DNA of 63,847 nucleotides, filler included. It is 4 parts of 4 records of this genome, joined end to end, with 100 filler letters (N's around TTAATTAATTAA, not from the genome) between each part and the next. Parts side by side here need not be neighbours in the genome. Positions count along the whole stretch, not along the records: positions 55,788 to 63,847 come from DRR723986_3485; 3 more parts are not named here. One strand, 5' to 3'. Shown here in pieces: positions 59,139-63,847 of this stretch (position 1 is its first letter; each line of letters begins with the position of its first letter). A program made the position numbers and the translations under genes. The notes beneath the pieces were generated by a model. That model was not told the origin of the DNA. It ran no database searches and saw nothing but the letters and a program-made list of their open reading frames with translations.

Positions 59139-60743
59139 ATGGGGCAGCCACTTGATGGAAGCTATGACTATGTGATTGTGGGCGGTGGCACGGCGGGATG
59201 TGTGTTGGCCAATCGTCTGAGCGAAGACCCTGGCACCAAGGTTTTGCTGTTAGAGGCCGGGGGCAATGATCGCTATCATTGGGTCCATATCCCGGTTGGC
59301 TATCTGTATTGCATCGGAAATCCGCGTGTGGATTGGATGATGAAAACGGCGCCCGAGCCGGGATTGAATGGCCGCTCGTTGGTGTATCCGCGCGGTAAGG
59401 TTCTGGGCGGCTGCACCTCGATCAATGGCATGATCTATATGCGTGGGCAGGCCGCTGACTACGATGGCTGGCGGCAGATGGGCAACGCGGGCTGGAGCTG
59501 GGCGGATGTTTTGCCGTATTTTCGCAAATCCGAGGATCACCACGACGGCGAGACCGATTTGCATGGCGCGGGCGGCGAGTGGAAGGTCACCAAACAACGT
59601 TTGAGTTGGGATATTCTCAGTGCCTTTCAGGAGGGCGCGCGTGAATTTGGCTATCAGCCCACCGAGGATTTCAACTCTGGCACCAACGAGGGGTCTGGGT
59701 TCTTTGAGGTCAATCAAAAGAACGGGGTGCGCTGGAACACCACCAAAGCATTTTTGCGTCCGGCGATGAAGCGGCCCAATTTGCGGGTGCTGACCCATGC
59801 GATTACGGATCATCTGATATTGGACGGCAAGCGCGTCACCGGTGTTGCGTTTCGCCACAAGGGGCAGGCGATGACGGTTGAGGCGGGGCGCGAGGTGTTG
59901 CTGGCAGCCGGGGCGATCAATTCGCCCAAGATTTTGGAGCTGTCCGGAATTGGGCAGCCGGACCGGTTGAGCGATTTGGGGATCGCGCCAACCCATGAAC
60001 TGCCCGGAGTGGGCGAGAACTTGCAGGACCATTTGCAAATTAGAACCGTATTTAAGGTGAAGAATACCGAGACCCTGAATGAGAAAGCGAATTCGCTGAT
60101 CGGGCGGATGAAGATTGGGATGCAATATGCCACGTCGCGATCAGGCCCTTTGGCGATGGCGCCCAGTCAGTTCGGTCTGTTCACCAAATCAGACCCTGCG
60201 TTGGAGACGCCTGATCTGGAATATCACGTGCAGCCGCTGTCGACGGACAAGCTGGGTGATCCGCTGCATTCGTTCCCGGCCATTACCGTTTCGGTCTGCA
60301 ATCTGCGCCCTGAAAGTGTAGGGGCCTGCCATATCACCACCAAAGACGCCGACCCGCAGCCTGAGATCAAACTGAATTACCTGAGTGCACCGCGGGACAA
60401 GCAGGTCGCGGTGACAGCGATCAAACAAGCACGCCAAGTGATGACGGCCAAAGCTTTGCAGCCCTATCAGCCAGAGGAATTCCTGCCCGGTCCCTCGGTT
60501 CAGTCAGAGGCTGAATTGGTGGCTGAGGCTGGCAATATCGCCACCACCATTTTTCACCCTACGGGCACCTGCAAAATGGGCAGTGATCCCATGGCTGTGG
60601 TGGGGGCCGATTTGCGGGTGCATGGGCTGGATGGGGTGCGGGTGATTGATGCGTCGATCATGCCCAAAATTGTCTCGGGCAACACCGCGTCGCCCGTCAT
60701 CATGATCGCGGAAAAAGCGGCTGATATGATCCGAAACGGCTGA
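59139..60743 (+). CDS. GMC-family oxidoreductase (choline dehydrogenase-like)
   Basis: GGGTAG, RGKVLGGCTSINGMIY, GENLQDHL, HPTGTCKMG and GNT motifs. Confidence 0.92.
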   Translation: MGQPLDGSYDYVIVGGGTAGCVLANRLSEDPGTKVLLLEAGGNDRYHWVHIPVGYLYCIGNPRVDWMMKTAPEPGLNGRSLVYPRGKVLGGCTSINGMIYMRGQAADYDGWRQMGNAGWSWADVLPYFRKSEDHHDGETDLHGAGGEWKVTKQRLSWDILSAFQEGAREFGYQPTEDFNSGTNEGSGFFEVNQKNGVRWNTTKAFLRPAMKRPNLRVLTHAITDHLILDGKRVTGVAFRHKGQAMTVEAGREVLLAAGAINSPKILELSGIGQPDRLSDLGIAPTHELPGVGENLQDHLQIRTVFKVKNTETLNEKANSLIGRMKIGMQYATSRSGPLAMAPSQFGLFTKSDPALETPDLEYHVQPLSTDKLGDPLHSFPAITVSVCNLRPESVGACHITTKDADPQPEIKLNYLSAPRDKQVAVTAIKQARQVMTAKALQPYQPEEFLPGPSVQSEAELVAEAGNIATTIFHPTGTCKMGSDPMAVVGADLRVHGLDGVRVIDASIMPKIVSGNTASPVIMIAEKAADMIRNG

Positions 60744-60760
60744 GCGCGCCCCGGTTGGGG

Positions 60761-63202
60761 TCAGCGCCGGGGTTTTGCACGCACGGTTGGATCGGCTTGT
60801 GTTGGGTCCTCGGGCCAGGGGTGGCGGGGGTATTGCGCTTTCATGTCTTTGCGCACGTCCGCATAAGACCCGGCCCAAAACCCTGGCAAATCGCGGGTGA
60901 TTTGAATGGGGCGCTGGGCGGGGGATAAGAGCGTCACCTTGAGCGGCACGCCCCCAACGGTTGGGTGCCGGGTCACACCGAACATTTCCTGCAAACGGAC
61001 AAGGATTTCGGGCACTTCGCTGCCGTAATCAATCGGTACTTTGCGCCCCAAGGGGGTTGTGAAATGGCCCGGGGCTTGTTTGTCCAGTTCTTGGGTTTGT
61101 GCCCAGCTGAGGGCGGCGCGCAGGGCGGGGAGCAGATCAAAGCGTTTCCATCCTTCGGCGGTTTTTACGCCTGTGAACATGGGCAAGAGCCAGTCCTCGA
61201 CGGTGGCCATCAATCCAGCGTTTGAGAAATCGGGCAGGTCCGCGCCTTCGGCCCGAACGAGTTCAACCCTTGCCGCCAGTCGTGCGGCGGCCCCGTCCAG
61301 ACGCAGGCCCAGATCGCGCACCCCATCCAACATCGCCTCGGCAACGCGGTCTGCGGGAACATCTTTCCAGATCCGATCCTCAAGCGTGATCGAGCCGAAC
61401 CGTTGTTGTTGACGTGCTAGCACGCGGCGTTCGCGTTTGGACCATTCGCAGACATCGACCCATGTGATCTGATCCTCGAACAGATCCCGGATTTCACCCT
61501 CGGAGATTTGGACAGCCATCCGAATGCGGGCTTCGCGGGGGGTCCCGTCGGTGTCGATGGCAACCAGATAGGGGGCGCTGGCCAAGGTGTCTTCGGGGGC
61601 GAGAACAGCGCCTTTGCCACCGGACAGGACAAAGCGCGGCACATCGCCTTTGCGCCGTTGTCCGATGCGGTCAGGATAGGCAAGGGCGGCCATGGCGGCG
61701 GGGCTCATCCTGTGGCCAGTGCCACGTCCGCGCAGGCGCTTGGTCTCGCCCTTGATTCGATCCAGCACGCCATAGTTCACTTGATACGGTCGGTTGCGCT
61801 GGAACGCTTTTGCATCGCGCATCGCCTCGAGCCGCAGGGTCAGATCAGAGGGTGCCCCTCGCAAAGGGTCGCGTTCGGCCATCAGGGCGGCAAGGGGGGC
61901 GGCCTCGTTACTGGCGGTGATCAGCATATGGCCTAAGCGGGGATGCAGCGGCAGAGCACTGAGCGCGCGCCCGTGTTTGGTGATCTGTCCTTTGGCATCA
62001 AGTGCTCCGAGCATGAGCAAGAGCGCGCGCGCCTCGGCCAATGCGCCCTCGGGTGGGGGTGTCAGGAACGCCAGCTCGTTGGGGTCAGCCCCCCAGAGCG
62101 CCAATTCAAGCGCCAAGCTGGTCAAATCGGCGGCTTCGATTTCAGCGGGAGGGAAGGCCATCAAGGCACCTTCTTCGCCTTTGGTCCAGAGGCGGTAACA
62201 GACCCCTTCGGAAACACGGCCAGCCCGACCGGCACGTTGGGTTGCTTCGGCGCGGGTGACGCGTTCGGTGACCAGCCGGGACATGCCTGCGCCGGGGTCG
62301 AACCGGGCGCGGCGGGCTTGGCCCATGTCGACCACGACGCGGATGTCTTGAATGGTAAGCGAGGTTTCTGCGATTGAGGTGGCCAGTACCACCTTGCGTC
62401 CCGATTTGAGCGGGGCGATGGCGGCGCGTTGGTCAGCAAAGGGCATCGCGCCAAACAGGGGACGCACCACACAATCACCGGATAAGCGCCCTTTGAGTGC
62501 ACCTTCGGCGCGCCGGATTTCACCTTCGCCGGGGAGGAACACCAATATCCCGCCACCCATGGCGCGGGTGTCACGGTCGGCTTGGATCACGAGATCAACT
62601 AGCGCATCGGTCCGGCGGGCTTTGGGGCCAAGGGGGCGCTCAAGCCAACGGGTTTCGACCGGAAAGCTGCGCCCTTGCGAGGTGATCAGCGGCGCGTCCA
62701 TCAAAATGCCAACTGGACCGGCGTCCAACGTAGCGGACATGGCCATTAGGATCAAATCGTCGCGCAGGGCCTCGGCCACCTCAAGACACAGGGCGAGCCC
62801 AAAGTCGGCGTTGAGAGACCGTTCGTGAAATTCATCAAAGATCACCGCCCCGATGCCGGGCAAGTCGGGGTCAGACTGCAACATTCGGGTCAGGATGCCT
62901 TCGGTCACGACCTCGATCTTGGTGACTTTGGAGGTTTTGGCATCGCCGCGCACCCGGTAGCCCACGGTTTGTCCCGGTGTTTCCCCCAGCGTTTCAGCCA
63001 TGCGTTCGGCGGCGGCGCGCGCGGCAAGGCGGCGGGGTTCCAGCATGATGATCTTGCCGTCTGTCAGGCCAGCCTCAAGCATGGCGAGCGGCACGCGTGT
63101 TGTCTTACCTGCCCCGGGGGGGGCCTGCAAAACGGCGCGACCCCGGTTGCGCAGGGCGTCGATCAGGTCGGGCAGGGCGTCTTCGATGGGTAATCTGGTC
63201 AT
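60761..63202 (-). CDS. hrpB: ATP-dependent helicase HrpB
   Basis: APPGAGKTT, DEFHERS, MSAT, QRAGRAGR and C-terminal YPRHPWPEDP motifs. Confidence 0.95.
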   Translation of the reverse strand: MTRLPIEDALPDLIDALRNRGRAVLQAPPGAGKTTRVPLAMLEAGLTDGKIIMLEPRRLAARAAAERMAETLGETPGQTVGYRVRGDAKTSKVTKIEVVTEGILTRMLQSDPDLPGIGAVIFDEFHERSLNADFGLALCLEVAEALRDDLILMAMSATLDAGPVGILMDAPLITSQGRSFPVETRWLERPLGPKARRTDALVDLVIQADRDTRAMGGGILVFLPGEGEIRRAEGALKGRLSGDCVVRPLFGAMPFADQRAAIAPLKSGRKVVLATSIAETSLTIQDIRVVVDMGQARRARFDPGAGMSRLVTERVTRAEATQRAGRAGRVSEGVCYRLWTKGEEGALMAFPPAEIEAADLTSLALELALWGADPNELAFLTPPPEGALAEARALLLMLGALDAKGQITKHGRALSALPLHPRLGHMLITASNEAAPLAALMAERDPLRGAPSDLTLRLEAMRDAKAFQRNRPYQVNYGVLDRIKGETKRLRGRGTGHRMSPAAMAALAYPDRIGQRRKGDVPRFVLSGGKGAVLAPEDTLASAPYLVAIDTDGTPREARIRMAVQISEGEIRDLFEDQITWVDVCEWSKRERRVLARQQQRFGSITLEDRIWKDVPADRVAEAMLDGVRDLGLRLDGAAARLAARVELVRAEGADLPDFSNAGLMATVEDWLLPMFTGVKTAEGWKRFDLLPALRAALSWAQTQELDKQAPGHFTTPLGRKVPIDYGSEVPEILVRLQEMFGVTRHPTVGGVPLKVTLLSPAQRPIQITRDLPGFWAGSYADVRKDMKAQYPRHPWPEDPTQADPTVRAKPRR

Positions 63203-63355
63203 GTCTGCCTTATCGCCAAAGCTAGCCCAGAGGTCTAGCACCCGATCGTGGGGGCGTGGGGCAGAGACATCACAACGCAGGCGGATCCGTCATTGGCACT
63301 GGACAAATCGCGTTCCGCCCCGTCAATTGGCGCCCAGTTTTTAAGAGGGCGGCCC

Positions 63356-63847
63356 ATGGATATCAAACAGCTCGGAGAGAGAGTTCTGGCAGGGGAGCGG
63401 CGCGCGTTGGCGCGCTCGATCACATTGGTGGAAAGCCAGCGCAGTGATCACCGGGCCCAAGCGTCTGAGTTGTTGGAGTATCTTGCCGGGGCGAAACGCC
63501 AAGCCTTGCGCATTGGTCTGTCTGGGACACCGGGCGTGGGCAAATCCACGTTTATCGAAAGCTTTGGCATGGCACTGACTGCGCAGGGGATGCGGGTTGC
63601 TGTGTTGGCGGTTGATCCCAGTTCGTCGCGCTCGGGCGGGTCCATTTTGGGGGATAAGACGCGGATGGAGCGTCTATCGCGAGACCCCAATGCGTTTATT
63701 CGCCCGTCGCCCAGCCAGACCCATCTGGGGGGCGTTGCACGTCGCACCCGTGAGGCGGTGGCCCTGTGCGAGGCGGCAGGTTTCGATGTGGTGCTGATTG
63801 AAACGGTGGGCGTTGGGCAATCCGAAACCGTGGTGGCGGAAATGTCC
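63356..63847 (+). CDS. meaB: Methylmalonyl-CoA mutase-associated GTPase MeaB (3'-partial)
   Basis: [49 protein letters not shown]. Missing from the ORF track because there is no stop in the window. Confidence 0.93.
   Translation, partial: MDIKQLGERVLAGERRALARSITLVESQRSDHRAQASELLEYLAGAKRQALRIGLSGTPGVGKSTFIESFGMALTAQGMRVAVLAVDPSSSRSGGSILGDKTRMERLSRDPNAFIRPSPSQTHLGGVARRTREAVALCEAAGFDVVLIETVGVGQSETVVAEMS

Noticed and set aside
1-63847. CRISPR array, rRNA, retron/reverse transcriptase or integron cassette array
   Set aside because: I found no regularly spaced repeats, rRNA-like sequence, RT motifs or attC series by eye.

Overview
The window joins four unrelated contigs with artificial 100-bp N-TTAATTAATTAA-N spacers (29623-29722, 39706-39805, 55688-55787). 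Contig 1 (1-29622) is alphaproteobacterial accessory DNA. It holds an operon for a GluR0-type ligand-gated channel, a YtcA/MdtNOP-type efflux pump and an Ntn amide hydrolase. It also holds a GntR-regulated 13-kb organosulfonate cluster: TRAP transporter, glycerol-dehydrogenase-family enzyme, YihV-like kinase, class I aldolase, aldehyde dehydrogenase, SlcC/ComC, SuyAB and a YeiH exporter. This looks like an EMP-type sulfoglycolysis coupled to sulfolactate desulfonation, but without an SQ isomerase or sulfoquinovosidase. IS/recombinase scars and a decaying transglutaminase-Crp/Fnr island follow. Contig 2 is the housekeeping leuS-lptE-holA / parB-parA-rsmG-mnmG-mnmE-rho region, with parS sites and a DnaA box. 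Contig 3 is part of an integrative phage-related element next to tRNA-Arg(CCG). It carries a lambda-cos-like site, a single ORF fusing small-terminase-like modules to a GpA large terminase, an orphan gpZ-like gene, AIPR/CoiA and surface-protein cargo, and a tyrosine integrase, with no capsid or portal gene in the visible part. Contig 4 is housekeeping (pit, NUDIX, gnd, GMC oxidoreductase, hrpB, meaB). All family calls come from motif recognition by eye; no database search was run.
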